From Calditrichota bacterium (GTDB lineage: Bacteria; Calditrichota; Calditrichia; RBG-13-44-9; J042), in assembly GCA_013150955.1 (NCBI GenBank), contig JAADJD010000027.1, positions 33,522 to 97,521 of the forward strand: a stretch of DNA of 64,000 nt, written 5' to 3'. The notes beneath the pieces are model-generated. The model was not told where the DNA came from. It did not search any database and worked only from the letters and a program-made list of their open reading frames with translations. Shown here piece by piece: positions 55,115 through 64,000 of the stretch. Made by a program: the position numbers and the translations under genes. Position 1 is the first letter of the stretch, and each line of letters begins with the position of its first letter.

Positions 55115-55726
55115 ATGACGAAACGGTTGACGCTGGCCAGGACCATCTGGCAATTCCTGAAAGAGCACCAGTTTTTTAAACGCTATCCGCAATGGTCGCC
55201 GGAAGAAGTTCAAACGTTGCTCGGGATCCCTCCGGAAGAAGGAGCAGAGGAACCCTCTCATTCCGATGAAGCGGCCACGGGCAACCGATTGGTGCGATTG
55301 TTTACGGATGGAGCCGCCAGAGGTAATCCCGGTCCAGCAGGTGCAGGCATTGTGATTCAGGATGAAAAGGGGCGAACCATCGACGAGGTTTCCTGCTTTC
55401 TGGGAGAGGCCACCAATAATCAGGCAGAATACCAGGCCCTGCAGCTGGGGCTGGAGCGCGTGTTGTTATTCCATCCCCATAAGCTGGAAATTGCCCTGGA
55501 TAGCGAACTGATTGTCAAACAAATCCGCGGTGAGTATCGAACCCGAAATGCAGCCCTGAAAGCGCAGCTGCAAAAAGTTCAGGAGCTGCTGACCCGGATT
55601 CCTTTCTGGAACATCAGGCATATTCCCCGCGCCAGGAATAAACGTGCCGATCAACTGGCCAATCAGGCCATTGATGAATGGATGCGGGGAACCGGGAGCA
55701 AAGGAACCCAATCTTTTGCCCGATGA
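55115..55726 (+). CDS. RNase HI-family ribonuclease with about 60-aa N-terminal extension
   Basis: …LFTDGAARGNPGPAGAGIV… DEDD active-site context of type-1 RNase H. Confidence 0.7.
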   Translation: MTKRLTLARTIWQFLKEHQFFKRYPQWSPEEVQTLLGIPPEEGAEEPSHSDEAATGNRLVRLFTDGAARGNPGPAGAGIVIQDEKGRTIDEVSCFLGEATNNQAEYQALQLGLERVLLFHPHKLEIALDSELIVKQIRGEYRTRNAALKAQLQKVQELLTRIPFWNIRHIPRARNKRADQLANQAIDEWMRGTGSKGTQSFAR

Positions 55727-55762
55727 GTTTAAAGTACAATTAAAATGAAAGGTGAATCGGAT

Positions 55763-56827
55763 ATGAAAGCGCTGATTACCAGTGGTGGCAAAGGTACCCG
55801 ATTGCGTCCCATTACCCACACACAAAACAAACACTTGATCCCGATTGCCAACAAACCCATCCTGCATTATGCCATCGAGGCGGTGGTGGAAGCGGGAATA
55901 AGGGAGATCGGGATTGTGTACAATGCGGATAGCGATGCCGTTCCCCGGGCCATTGGTAATGGCGAAAAGTGGGGTGTCCGCATCACCTACATTCCTCAGG
56001 AGGCACCGCTGGGACTGGCCCACGTGGTGAAGATTGCTCAGGATTTCATTCAGGATGAGCCGTTCATTTTTTACCTGGGGGATAACATGGTGGTGGGTGG
56101 GGTGAAGCGGTTCATTGAACGATTTCAATCGGACGGCTGTAACTGTCACCTCACCCTGGCAAAAGTCAAAGATCCCTCCCGCTTTGGTGTGCCCGAACTT
56201 AAAGGCAATCGCATTGTGCGCATTGAGGAGAAGCCCCGCCATCCCAAAAGCCAGTTTGCCGTGGCTGGCATTTACATTTATGATGCCACCATCTTCGAGG
56301 CGGTCAATAACATTCAGCCCAGTGCGCGCGGAGAGCTGGAAATCTCCGATGCCCATCAGTACCTGCTGGATAAGGGTTACAAGATTACCTATTCGGAAAT
56401 TACCGGATGGTGGAAGGATACTGGAAAGCCAAATGATTTGCTGGAGGCCAATCGTCTGGTTCTGGAGAATCTTACCGAATACAACGAAGGCGAGGTGGAT
56501 GCAAAATCCTACCTGGCGGGTAAGGTGATTTTGCAGAAGGGTGCACGCATCGTTAATAGCCACATTCGCGGACCGGTCATCATTGGCGAAAATACCCTGA
56601 TTGAAGATAGCTACATCGGTCCGTTTACTTCCATTTACCATGATTGCGAAATCAAAAACAGCGAAGTGGAATTTAGCATCATCATGGATCATTGCCGGAT
56701 TATTGATGTGGGCATCCGCATCGAGAGCAGTATTCTGGGCAGTGAGGTGGAGATCCTCAAAGCTCAGGGGAAACCCCGGAACCATCGATTCATTCTGGGA
56801 GCGCAGAGTTATCTGGAAATCGTGTAA
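55763..56827 (+). CDS. sugar-1-phosphate nucleotidyltransferase (glucose-1-phosphate thymidylyltransferase-like long form) with C-terminal left-handed beta-helix domain
   Basis: …ALITSGGKGTRLRPITHTQNKHL… NTP-transferase motif; hexapeptide repeats in the C-terminal third. ATG 55763 after AGGTGA. Confidence 0.75.
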   Translation: MKALITSGGKGTRLRPITHTQNKHLIPIANKPILHYAIEAVVEAGIREIGIVYNADSDAVPRAIGNGEKWGVRITYIPQEAPLGLAHVVKIAQDFIQDEPFIFYLGDNMVVGGVKRFIERFQSDGCNCHLTLAKVKDPSRFGVPELKGNRIVRIEEKPRHPKSQFAVAGIYIYDATIFEAVNNIQPSARGELEISDAHQYLLDKGYKITYSEITGWWKDTGKPNDLLEANRLVLENLTEYNEGEVDAKSYLAGKVILQKGARIVNSHIRGPVIIGENTLIEDSYIGPFTSIYHDCEIKNSEVEFSIIMDHCRIIDVGIRIESSILGSEVEILKAQGKPRNHRFILGAQSYLEIV

Positions 56828-56859
56828 CGCGCTTAAGAAATAAATGAGGAGGCGGTCTC

Positions 56860-57642
56860 ATGGAAACGAAAAATTTATTGGTGGAAAAAAGTGAACATTA
56901 CGCAGTGGTAACCATTAATCGGCCGGAAAAGTTAAATGCGCTGAATGCGGCCACAGTTACCGAGTTGTACCAGGTGATGAAGGAATTGCAGAAGGATGAG
57001 GCCATGCGGGCCGTGATCATCACCGGGAGTGGGGAAAAGGCCTTTGTGGCCGGTGCCGATATTGCCGAAATCGCCAAACACGACGAGATTTCGGGAAAGA
57101 TTTTTGCCATGCGCGGACAAAAGGTGTTTCGGTTTATCGAAAAGATGCGCCTGCCGGTCATTGCCGCCATCAATGGATATGCACTGGGAGGCGGCTGTGA
57201 ACTGGCCATGGCCTGTCACTTACGGATTGCATCCAGCAAGGCAAAGTTTGGGCAACCCGAGATTAATCTGGGATTGATTCCCGGTTACGGCGGCACCCAG
57301 CGGCTTCCCCGGTTGATTGGCCGAACGCAGGCCATGTATTTGCTGTTGACCGGAGAAATGATTGATGCCCGGAAAGCACTGGAAATTGGATTGGTAAACG
57401 AGGTTGTAGAGCCAGAAAAATTGATGGATCGTGCCCGGGAACTGGCCAAAACGCTGACCGAAAAAGCTCCCATAGCGGTCAACTACATTCTGGATGTGGT
57501 GGATCAGGGACTGAATTTGAATCTGGACATGGCCTTGAACCTGGAAGCGGAAATGTTTGGCAATATTTGCGCCACAGAGGATATGAAAGAGGGAACAGCC
57601 GCGTTTCTGGAAAAACGCAAGCCCCAATTTAAAGGAAAATAA
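56860..57642 (+). CDS. enoyl-CoA hydratase/isomerase (crotonase family)
   Basis: …AFVAGADIAE…, …AAINGYALGGGCELAMACH… crotonase signature. Confidence 0.85.
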   Translation: METKNLLVEKSEHYAVVTINRPEKLNALNAATVTELYQVMKELQKDEAMRAVIITGSGEKAFVAGADIAEIAKHDEISGKIFAMRGQKVFRFIEKMRLPVIAAINGYALGGGCELAMACHLRIASSKAKFGQPEINLGLIPGYGGTQRLPRLIGRTQAMYLLLTGEMIDARKALEIGLVNEVVEPEKLMDRARELAKTLTEKAPIAVNYILDVVDQGLNLNLDMALNLEAEMFGNICATEDMKEGTAAFLEKRKPQFKGK

Positions 57643-57740
57643 TCCTGTTCCGAAAATTTCCGGAATGGGGAAAACCCGGGGGAAACATCAAGCGGATGTG
57701 CATCCCGGAGGTCTCCACCTTTATTAAGGATGAGTGATCT

Positions 57741-58448
57741 GTGAAGTTGAACGATATGCCCATTTACGTGTTTGTGGATTTTGATGGAACCATCACGCAC
57801 CAGGATACCCTGGATTACCTGCTGGATACGTTCGCTCCACCACACTGGCGGGAAATTGAGGATCAGGTGACCGCAGGTGTTCTGGAAGAAAAACGTGCAT
57901 TGCAGATGGAATTTGATTTGCTCCGGGTAAGCCTGGAAACCGCAATCCAGACGATTCAACATCTGCCGATCGATCCCCAGTTTCCCCGATTCGTTCAATA
58001 TTGCCGGCAAAATAACATGGCGCTTCAGATTCTCAGTGGGGGAGTGGACTATTTCATTCGGGCCATTTTGCGCAGAAACGGGCTGGAAGAAGTGCCGTTT
58101 CATTCCAATTCTGTGAAGGTGGTCAACGATCGCTGGAAAATTGTGCCTGCGCGGACACCCCGAATTCGAAATCAGTGTAACCATTGTAAGACCTACTGGA
58201 TTACCCGCGCCCGCAACGAAGGGTTCCTGACCGTATATATCGGGGATGGAAATACGGACCGGTGTCCGGCAACCGCAACTCACATAAGTTTCGCAAAGGA
58301 CCAGCTGGCCGAATATCTCCGGCAAATTGGCCATCCATTTTTGCCCTATCGGAATTTTCAGGACATTCTGGATTATTTCAATTCCCATTCCATTGAAAAA
58401 TTAAAGGAGATGACCGGTGCCCAACCCCTCCATTATATTAAGGATTGA
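57741..58448 (+). CDS. HAD-superfamily phosphatase (MtnX-like subfamily IB)
   Basis: Motif I …VFVDFDGTIT…, motif IV …YIGDGNTD…. Confidence 0.55.
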   Translation: MKLNDMPIYVFVDFDGTITHQDTLDYLLDTFAPPHWREIEDQVTAGVLEEKRALQMEFDLLRVSLETAIQTIQHLPIDPQFPRFVQYCRQNNMALQILSGGVDYFIRAILRRNGLEEVPFHSNSVKVVNDRWKIVPARTPRIRNQCNHCKTYWITRARNEGFLTVYIGDGNTDRCPATATHISFAKDQLAEYLRQIGHPFLPYRNFQDILDYFNSHSIEKLKEMTGAQPLHYIKD

Positions 58449-58908
58449 TGATCGTTTGGTGCACGGGCAGGTGATTGTGGGATGGGGCAGTTACTATCCC
58501 ATTCAGGAGTATGCGGTGGTGGACGATGAGATTGCCGCCAACGAATGGGAACGCAATTTGTTGATCATGGCCGTTCCTCCGAATGTGGAGGCGCGGGTAC
58601 TGACCATTCCACAGGGGGTGGCCTACATTCAGGAGCACCTGAACGCCCCTGGCGTACGAATGGTACTGGTCAGTTCCCCTCGCCAGATTCTGCAAATGGA
58701 TGCGCTGGGATTGCCACTGAAGACAGTGAACGTGGGTGGAATGCATTTCCGAGAGGGACGCAAGCAATATTTAAATTACCTGTTTCTCAGCACCGAAGAA
58801 GTCCGCATTTTTCGTCAGTTGATGGAAAAAGGCTACACATTTGAATGTCAGGACGTCCCCACCAGCAGTAAAGTGGATTTAAAAAAGGTGTTGGAACGGA
58901 CAAAATGA
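58417..58908 (+). CDS. PTS EIIB(Man/sorbose-family)-like protein, stand-alone
   Basis: N-terminal RIDDRLVHGQV matches the EIIB-Man phosphohistidine loop. 163 aa, no IIA/IIC/IID partners in the window; overlaps the upstream gene by 32 nt. Confidence 0.55.
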   Translation: MPNPSIILRIDDRLVHGQVIVGWGSYYPIQEYAVVDDEIAANEWERNLLIMAVPPNVEARVLTIPQGVAYIQEHLNAPGVRMVLVSSPRQILQMDALGLPLKTVNVGGMHFREGRKQYLNYLFLSTEEVRIFRQLMEKGYTFECQDVPTSSKVDLKKVLERTK

Positions 58909-59327
58909 CGAAAATTTCGACACACACGATCGAATTATCGACACAGGGACACACGCATATTGTGGACATTACACCGGATGTACAGCGGTTGGTGGCAGAA
59001 AGTGGATTAAAGGAAGGCCATGTATTGATTTTTGTACCCGGATCGACCGGCGGGTTAACCACCATTGAGTATGAACCGGGATTGTTAAGGGATTTGCCAG
59101 AATTTCTGGAGGAAATTATCCCCTCAGGCCGACGCTACCATCACGACGATACCTGGCACGATGGTAACGGATACGCCCACTTGCGGGCCGCATTGATTCA
59201 ACCGGATTTGATGGTACCATTTGTGGGGGGAAAGTTAACCCTGGGAACCTGGCAGCAAATTATTTTTATCGATTTTGACAATCGTCCCCGTCATCGTCGT
59301 CTGGTGGTACAGATCTGGGGACAATGA
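58905..59327 (+). CDS. YjbQ-family (UPF0047, secondary thiamine-phosphate synthase-like) protein
   Basis: 140 aa, …GLLTI…HHDDTWHDGNGYAHL… typical of YjbQ. Confidence 0.8.
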   Translation: MTKISTHTIELSTQGHTHIVDITPDVQRLVAESGLKEGHVLIFVPGSTGGLTTIEYEPGLLRDLPEFLEEIIPSGRRYHHDDTWHDGNGYAHLRAALIQPDLMVPFVGGKLTLGTWQQIIFIDFDNRPRHRRLVVQIWGQ

Positions 59328-59525
59328 TTACGAATGAACCAGAGCGTTTTGCTTCTTCATATATTCTTTACGGAAGCGTTCCGCGTGACCGCTGGTGAAC
59401 CAGGCGATGATGGCTTCTTTCAGCGTGATTTCCGTTTCACCCTGCTTCAACAGATGCTGATAAAATCTATGAATGGCTTCCAGTTGCGATTCATAGAAAC
59501 TGTGGTGACTGCTAAACGACTTCAT
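59328..59525 (-). CDS. small hypothetical protein (about 65 aa), paralogue of the adjacent upstream gene
   Basis: Shares …I[ST][FL]xEA[VI][AI][LA]W[MF][ST]… motif with the 63-aa protein at 59539-59730. Start taken at internal Met (MKSFSS…) to avoid overlap. Confidence 0.3.
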   Translation of the reverse strand: MKSFSSHHSFYESQLEAIHRFYQHLLKQGETEITLKEAIIAWFTSGHAERFRKEYMKKQNALVHS

Positions 59526-59538
59526 GAAATCCCCCTGA

Positions 59539-59730
59539 TTATTGGTAAATGGAATATTCATTGACCCAGACGTTCTGGGTGTTACGTTTTCGACGACGGG
59601 ATGAAATGGTCATGCTCTCGCTCATCCAGAGCGCCACAGCTTCTGAAAACGAGATGGGGCGCTTGAGTTCTTTGGCCTTGCGATCACGGAATTCCAGAAT
59701 CCGAATCCAATTTTCCGTTACCCGAAACAT
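59539..59730 (-). CDS. small hypothetical protein (63 aa, MFRVTENWIRILEFRDRKAKELKRPISFSEAVALWMSE…)
   Basis: AAGGAG RBS 6 nt upstream of ATG 59730. Basic C-terminus (SSRRRKR). Confidence 0.4.
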   Translation of the reverse strand: MFRVTENWIRILEFRDRKAKELKRPISFSEAVALWMSESMTISSRRRKRNTQNVWVNEYSIYQ

Positions 59731-60185
59731 ATAACGCTCCTTTTTTTCATTCGCTATAATTTTATTTACAAATAAAGTGCCAAAAAGATATTTTACCCGG
59801 AAAAACACAGCGCAATATTGTGTAAGTCATTGGTTATTCATAAATTATAGAAATTTTGTTTGTTTCTTCCCCTTTCACCCGAATATGCAATTTTTGCATC
59901 ATTAAGAGATTATTGTACGATTTTTAAACACCCGGTTTCTGAAAATCCCGACGGTAGCTCTCCAGGTATCACGGGTTGAACAAGTATTAGCAAACGGTTT
60001 GTATGACCGCATTTTGCAATGGAGTCATACAAGCATCGTAATAATCTTTATCAGAGATCGATCCGTTCCCGAAGTATACGCAGAAAGGCGGGTATAAAAT
60101 GTGGGCTGGGCCAATTTGCCCAATTTTTTGGTGGCAAAAATGGATTTCTTGAGGGGAAATCGGTGTTCTAATGAATAATCCCGGT

Positions 60186-61028
60186 TTAGTCAGTTTTGTC
60201 CATGCGCAGGATGAGTTCGCGCACCAGTTTTTGGAACGTGTTTTTCACCCGATTGGCAATCTGAGTCACTTCGTCGTGGGAAAGTGGAGTGGCACTGATG
60301 CCGGTTGCCAGGTTGGTGATGCAGGAGATGCCGGCCACTTTCATTCCTCTGGCACGAGCGACCAGCACTTCGGGCACGGTGGACATGCTCACGGCATCGC
60401 CCCCCAGTCGCCTGACCATGCGGACTTCGGCTGCTGTCTCATATGATGGCCCGGTTGATACAAAAAGTACCCCCTTTTTCAGTGGAATACCCAGTTCCAG
60501 GCCAATGGATTCCAGCAATTCGATGTATGGGGGATGGTAGTTGGCATACATGTCCGGGAAACGCGGTTCGGGTGGGACAACCGGGCCCCGCAGGGGATTT
60601 CGAAACAAAAAGTTGATGTGATCGACGATGATCATCAAATCACCGGGCTGGAAATAAGGATTTACCCCACCAGCCGCATTGGTTACGATCAGTTTCTTTA
60701 CCCCCATCAAATCCATGATACGAACCACGTAAGCCACCTGATCAATGCGGTGCCCCTCGTAAAAATGGGTGCGTCCCTGAACGGCAACGACCGGTATACC
60801 TCGCACCGTACCAAATACCAGGTACCCCTTGTGACCTTCCACGGTTGAGGGGGGATAGTGGGGGATTTCCGACGTGGCAATTTTATCCGCATTTTCCAGT
60901 GTGTCAGCAAAATCGCCCAGTCCCGATCCCAGAATTAATCCAATCCGCGGCTGAATTTGGGTAAAGCGGCGGATGTAGGCCAGGCTGTCCTGTAACTGCT
61001 GGTCAATGCGCATTTTATGAGCTGTCAT
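60186..61028 (-). CDS. purine nucleoside phosphorylase (PNP/MTAP trimeric family)
   Basis: …LIVTNAAGG…, …VSMSTVPE… signatures of PNP family 2. Confidence 0.85.
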   Translation of the reverse strand: MTAHKMRIDQQLQDSLAYIRRFTQIQPRIGLILGSGLGDFADTLENADKIATSEIPHYPPSTVEGHKGYLVFGTVRGIPVVAVQGRTHFYEGHRIDQVAYVVRIMDLMGVKKLIVTNAAGGVNPYFQPGDLMIIVDHINFLFRNPLRGPVVPPEPRFPDMYANYHPPYIELLESIGLELGIPLKKGVLFVSTGPSYETAAEVRMVRRLGGDAVSMSTVPEVLVARARGMKVAGISCITNLATGISATPLSHDEVTQIANRVKNTFQKLVRELILRMDKTD

Positions 61029-61653
61029 TGGTCACATTCACCTTTTCTTTTCGTTTCAGTAAGTGGTAAAATTTAATGGCATAATATCCGGCAGAAAACA
61101 GGAGAAATAATAACGTCAGTGCCTGAAGCGGAACCTGCAGAACGCGAATCTGAAACAGATGGCTGAGCAGGAGTGCCGAGATGATGGTTACCGCTATCTT
61201 CCCCGGCCATGCCGATGCGACCACATAATTTAACCGGGTCATCAGAACCACGGAGCCAATCAGAATAAATACATCGCGCCCGATGATTAAAACCACCAGC
61301 CACAGGGGCAGTCCGTACCCCTGATAAAGGGCAATGGATGCCAGCCCGATACAAAATTTATCGGCCAGCGGATCCAGGATTTTCCCCAGTTCGCTGATCT
61401 GGTGTTGTTTCCGGGCAAAATAACCGTCCAGAAAGTCCGACACGATGGCCAGTGCGATAACCACGACGGACAGGAAGACCTGATGAGTCTGGATTAAATA
61501 GTAGATATAAATTCCCGACAGGAGTCGGGCAAAGCTCAGTGCATTCGACAGGGTAAAGATCAGCGACCGCTGAAAAATTTGTTTGAACAGTTGGTCACTC
61601 CGGGATTTCACATCTTTCGCTTTCTTGTTTTGAAATTCATACTCGGTGTCCAT
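61015..61653 (-). CDS. pgsA: CDP-diacylglycerol--glycerol-3-phosphate 3-phosphatidyltransferase-like (PgsA-type CDP-alcohol phosphatidyltransferase)
   Basis: DFLDGYFARK…G…LDPLADK motif, 4-5 TM helices, size 212 aa. Confidence 0.7.
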   Translation of the reverse strand: MDTEYEFQNKKAKDVKSRSDQLFKQIFQRSLIFTLSNALSFARLLSGIYIYYLIQTHQVFLSVVVIALAIVSDFLDGYFARKQHQISELGKILDPLADKFCIGLASIALYQGYGLPLWLVVLIIGRDVFILIGSVVLMTRLNYVVASAWPGKIAVTIISALLLSHLFQIRVLQVPLQALTLLFLLFSAGYYAIKFYHLLKRKEKVNVTNDSS

Positions 61654-61662
61654 GAACCGTTG

Positions 61663-63417
61663 TTATCGGATGTTCGGGATGATTGGGCACAGCAAAAGCG
61701 GTTCACCGGACGAAAAATAATTCAGGGCGAAAAGGAGCCCGCGGTATGGCCCTTCCAGCTCCCGCAGCCATTGCAACCGATGGCCGGGAATGCCCTGCAA
61801 GACCTGAAGAGAACTGCCCAATAATCGTTCCATGAGACTTTTTATTTTGGGATAGAAGATTAACTTGACTCCTTCTTCCTCAGGGATACCCGCCATTTGC
61901 TTGGCCACGGCCACGGCGGTGGCAAAATCTCCCAGGATGTCCACCAGACCGATGTCCAGGGCCTGCCGTCCCGTCCAGACCCGTCCCTGGGCCACTCGAT
62001 CGATTTCTTCGAACGATTTGTTTCGCCCCTGAGCGGCCTTGGCCACAAAATCCCGATACACTTCCATGATGTAAGCCCGCAGCAATCGCCGCTGTTCCGG
62101 GGTGAATTTCCGGTACTCCGAGAAGAACGATGCGTTGCGTCCGCGGAAGAGTTCTTCTTTCTGGATGCCCAGCTTTTGATACAGTCCCTGGAGTGCGAAT
62201 TTGCCAGCAAACACCCCGATGCTCCCTACCAGACTGGAAGGATGAGCCACGATGGTGTCCGCGGCCATGCTGATATAGTATCCACCGGACGCCGCCAGGC
62301 CCCCAACCGAAACAATCACCGGTTTTTTCTTCCGGGCCCGGATCACTTCTCGCCAGATGATGTCGGCCGCGGTAGCAGAACCACCGGGACTATCGATGCG
62401 GAGGATAATGGCGGCGATGGATTTGTCATCAGCGGCTTTGCGAATGCTGTTGGCCATGCCATCCGAAGTGATTAAACCGTTTTGCCCGAAAAGACCTTCG
62501 GTTCCCACCACAATCGTGCCCAGTCCAAAGATGACCGCCAGTTTTTTCTTGCCCACAATGCCCAGTTTCGATGCCGGGATCGCTTTGTAGCGTTTCAGGG
62601 AGACGAAGCGCAGGCGCTTTTTAAAGCGCGTTTTCAGAAACTCTTTAAAATCGTTGTAATACAGGGTGGAATCCACCAGCCCCACTTCCTGTGCCTGCCG
62701 CGGGTAGAACAGGCCCTGATCGATGAGCTGGCGAAGCCGCTCCGGTGTCATCTGGCGTTCCCTGGCAATGGTTTCCAGAAACCGCTGGTAATGATCGTCC
62801 AGCAGGGCATTGGTCACTTCGCGTGCCGGCTCCGAGAGCCGATCCCGGGTGAACATTTCCGGGGCGCTCTTGTATTTCCCGTAAGCGACGAAATCAGCCT
62901 CCACACCGATTTTTTTCAGGAGTCCCTTTAAAAAGATGGGGGAGCTGGTCAGCCCATTCACGATCAATACCCCAACCGGGGCCACAAAAATGGAGTCGGC
63001 CAGGCTCAGCAGATAATAATCCAGATTGCTGGCCGTTTCGAAATAAGCATAGACCGGTTTCCCCGTCGATCGAAAATCCTGCAACACATCGCGCAGTTCT
63101 TCCACCGTTGCCCAGCTGGTGAGCAACGGAAATGTCCGTAAAATAATGCCCCTGATTTTTTCGTCCCGTTTGGCTTTGCGAACGGACTGAATGATGTCCT
63201 GAAGGGAATGGGGTTTGCCCTCCAGAATTTCGCGAAAGGGATCTTCGATGGTGCGTTCGGGAATTTCGCCACCCAGTACAATTTCCAGAAAGGAATCTCG
63301 CGAAATGGGTGGAGCGGTATCCTCCAGGCTTTTGAAGAACGCGTATTCAATGATGGCCACCAGGATGAAAATGACCACAATAATCAGGGCCAGTTTCTGC
63401 CATTCTTTTAAGCGCAT
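61663..63417 (-). CDS. sppA: signal peptide peptidase SppA (protease IV, 67K type, tandem S49 domains)
   Basis: N-terminal TM anchor, two ClpP/crotonase-like S49 domains, Ser-Lys dyad contexts (…GGLAASGGYY…). Confidence 0.85.
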   Translation of the reverse strand: MRLKEWQKLALIIVVIFILVAIIEYAFFKSLEDTAPPISRDSFLEIVLGGEIPERTIEDPFREILEGKPHSLQDIIQSVRKAKRDEKIRGIILRTFPLLTSWATVEELRDVLQDFRSTGKPVYAYFETASNLDYYLLSLADSIFVAPVGVLIVNGLTSSPIFLKGLLKKIGVEADFVAYGKYKSAPEMFTRDRLSEPAREVTNALLDDHYQRFLETIARERQMTPERLRQLIDQGLFYPRQAQEVGLVDSTLYYNDFKEFLKTRFKKRLRFVSLKRYKAIPASKLGIVGKKKLAVIFGLGTIVVGTEGLFGQNGLITSDGMANSIRKAADDKSIAAIILRIDSPGGSATAADIIWREVIRARKKKPVIVSVGGLAASGGYYISMAADTIVAHPSSLVGSIGVFAGKFALQGLYQKLGIQKEELFRGRNASFFSEYRKFTPEQRRLLRAYIMEVYRDFVAKAAQGRNKSFEEIDRVAQGRVWTGRQALDIGLVDILGDFATAVAVAKQMAGIPEEEGVKLIFYPKIKSLMERLLGSSLQVLQGIPGHRLQWLRELEGPYRGLLFALNYFSSGEPLLLCPIIPNIR

Positions 63418-63554
63418 AGGCTATCCCCTATGGTTTTCGCAACCGGGAAGACCGTCCCGGACTTTCCCAATGGCTGTGCAGGTAAGCCGCGGACGATCCT
63501 GCTCATGTACGTTTCTTCAATTTGTTATCATTTTCCAAGGAATCCAACGTTTCT

Positions 63555-64000
63555 TTAAAAAGAGGTAATCACACCAGCAATGGTGGCCGTCATCATATTG
63601 GCCAGGGTGCCGGCCATGACGGCGCGCAATCCCAGCTGAGCCAGCTCCGACATGCGATTGGGAATCAAGGGCCCAATACCGCCAATTTGAATGGCAATCG
63701 AACTGAAATTGGCAAATCCGCACAGGGCATAAGTAGCCATTAAAATGGTTTTTTCCGACAGCACATTATTTTTAATGAGATCGGCCAGGTTTAAATAGGC
63801 CACAAATTCGTTAATCACGATTTTGGTTCCCAGCAGCGAACCAAAGTTCAGGATGTCGTGGGAAGGGACCCCGATTAGCCATGCGGGAATGGCCAGGATC
63901 CAGCCGAACAGTTTGTTCAGGGAAATGTCCACACCGACCAGGCCGCCGGCCCATCCCAGGATGTAATTTAACATCGCGATGAGGGCAATGAAGGCGATCA
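63555..64000 (-). CDS. NupC/CNT-family nucleoside transporter, C-terminal portion (gene continues beyond window end)
   Basis: …ATYALCGFANFSSIAIQIGGIG… conserved CNT C-terminal region; ORF open to the window edge. Confidence 0.75.
   Translation of the reverse strand, partial: IAFIALIAMLNYILGWAGGLVGVDISLNKLFGWILAIPAWLIGVPSHDILNFGSLLGTKIVINEFVAYLNLADLIKNNVLSEKTILMATYALCGFANFSSIAIQIGGIGPLIPNRMSELAQLGLRAVMAGTLANMMTATIAGVITSF

Noticed and set aside
55466-56785. 439-aa minus-strand ORF
   Set aside because: Antisense to the RNase H and nucleotidyltransferase genes; no motifs. The plus-strand genes have clear family signatures.
57504-58388. 294-aa minus-strand ORF
   Set aside because: Antisense to the enoyl-CoA hydratase and HAD genes, which carry strong family motifs.

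Overview
This window reads as a housekeeping chromosomal segment of a moderately GC-rich (about 50%) bacterium, with no prophage, CRISPR array or obvious defence island. Promoters are standard sigma-70 type and many starts are GTG/TTG. The taxon cannot be fixed from sequence alone.

Genes I can support: a cytoplasmic 5'-nucleotidase, an HU/IHF protein, a zinc-ribbon/TPR protein, xseA-xseB, a glyoxylate-shunt operon (aceB-aceA) with a class V aminotransferase downstream, two sigma-54 activators, a site-2 protease with CBS domains, speE-speB, a pterin dehydratase, tRNA-Lys, an SbcD/SbcC-like pair, an ECF sigma/anti-sigma/YbjQ operon, tRNA-Asp, gltX with a two-component pair, a methyl-accepting chemotaxis protein, tig-clpP-clpX-lon, groES-groEL behind a CIRCE operator, a PNP-pgsA-sppA run and a partial nupC.

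Two features stand out:
- A family of about 170-bp MITE-like elements bounded by terminal inverted repeats occupies at least 12 intergenic loci, often as nested or partial copies.
- An intact tRNA-Asp heads a tandem array of about 9 units of about 115 bp. Each unit is a decayed tRNA-Asp copy plus a terminator hairpin.

Lesser observations: an unannotated 31-codon bS22-like basic micro-ORF; a sigma-54 activator with an N-terminal Rossmann-like domain; an SbcC-like ATPase carrying transmembrane helices; repeated TGCGACA palindromes upstream of aceB; a tandem pair of small paralogous proteins beside perfect palindromes; an orphan PTS EIIB(Man)-like gene; a DedA plus CDP-alcohol phosphatidyltransferase plus HAD lipid cluster; and a 0.57-kb AT-rich stretch (20301-20872) preceding a hypothetical gene.
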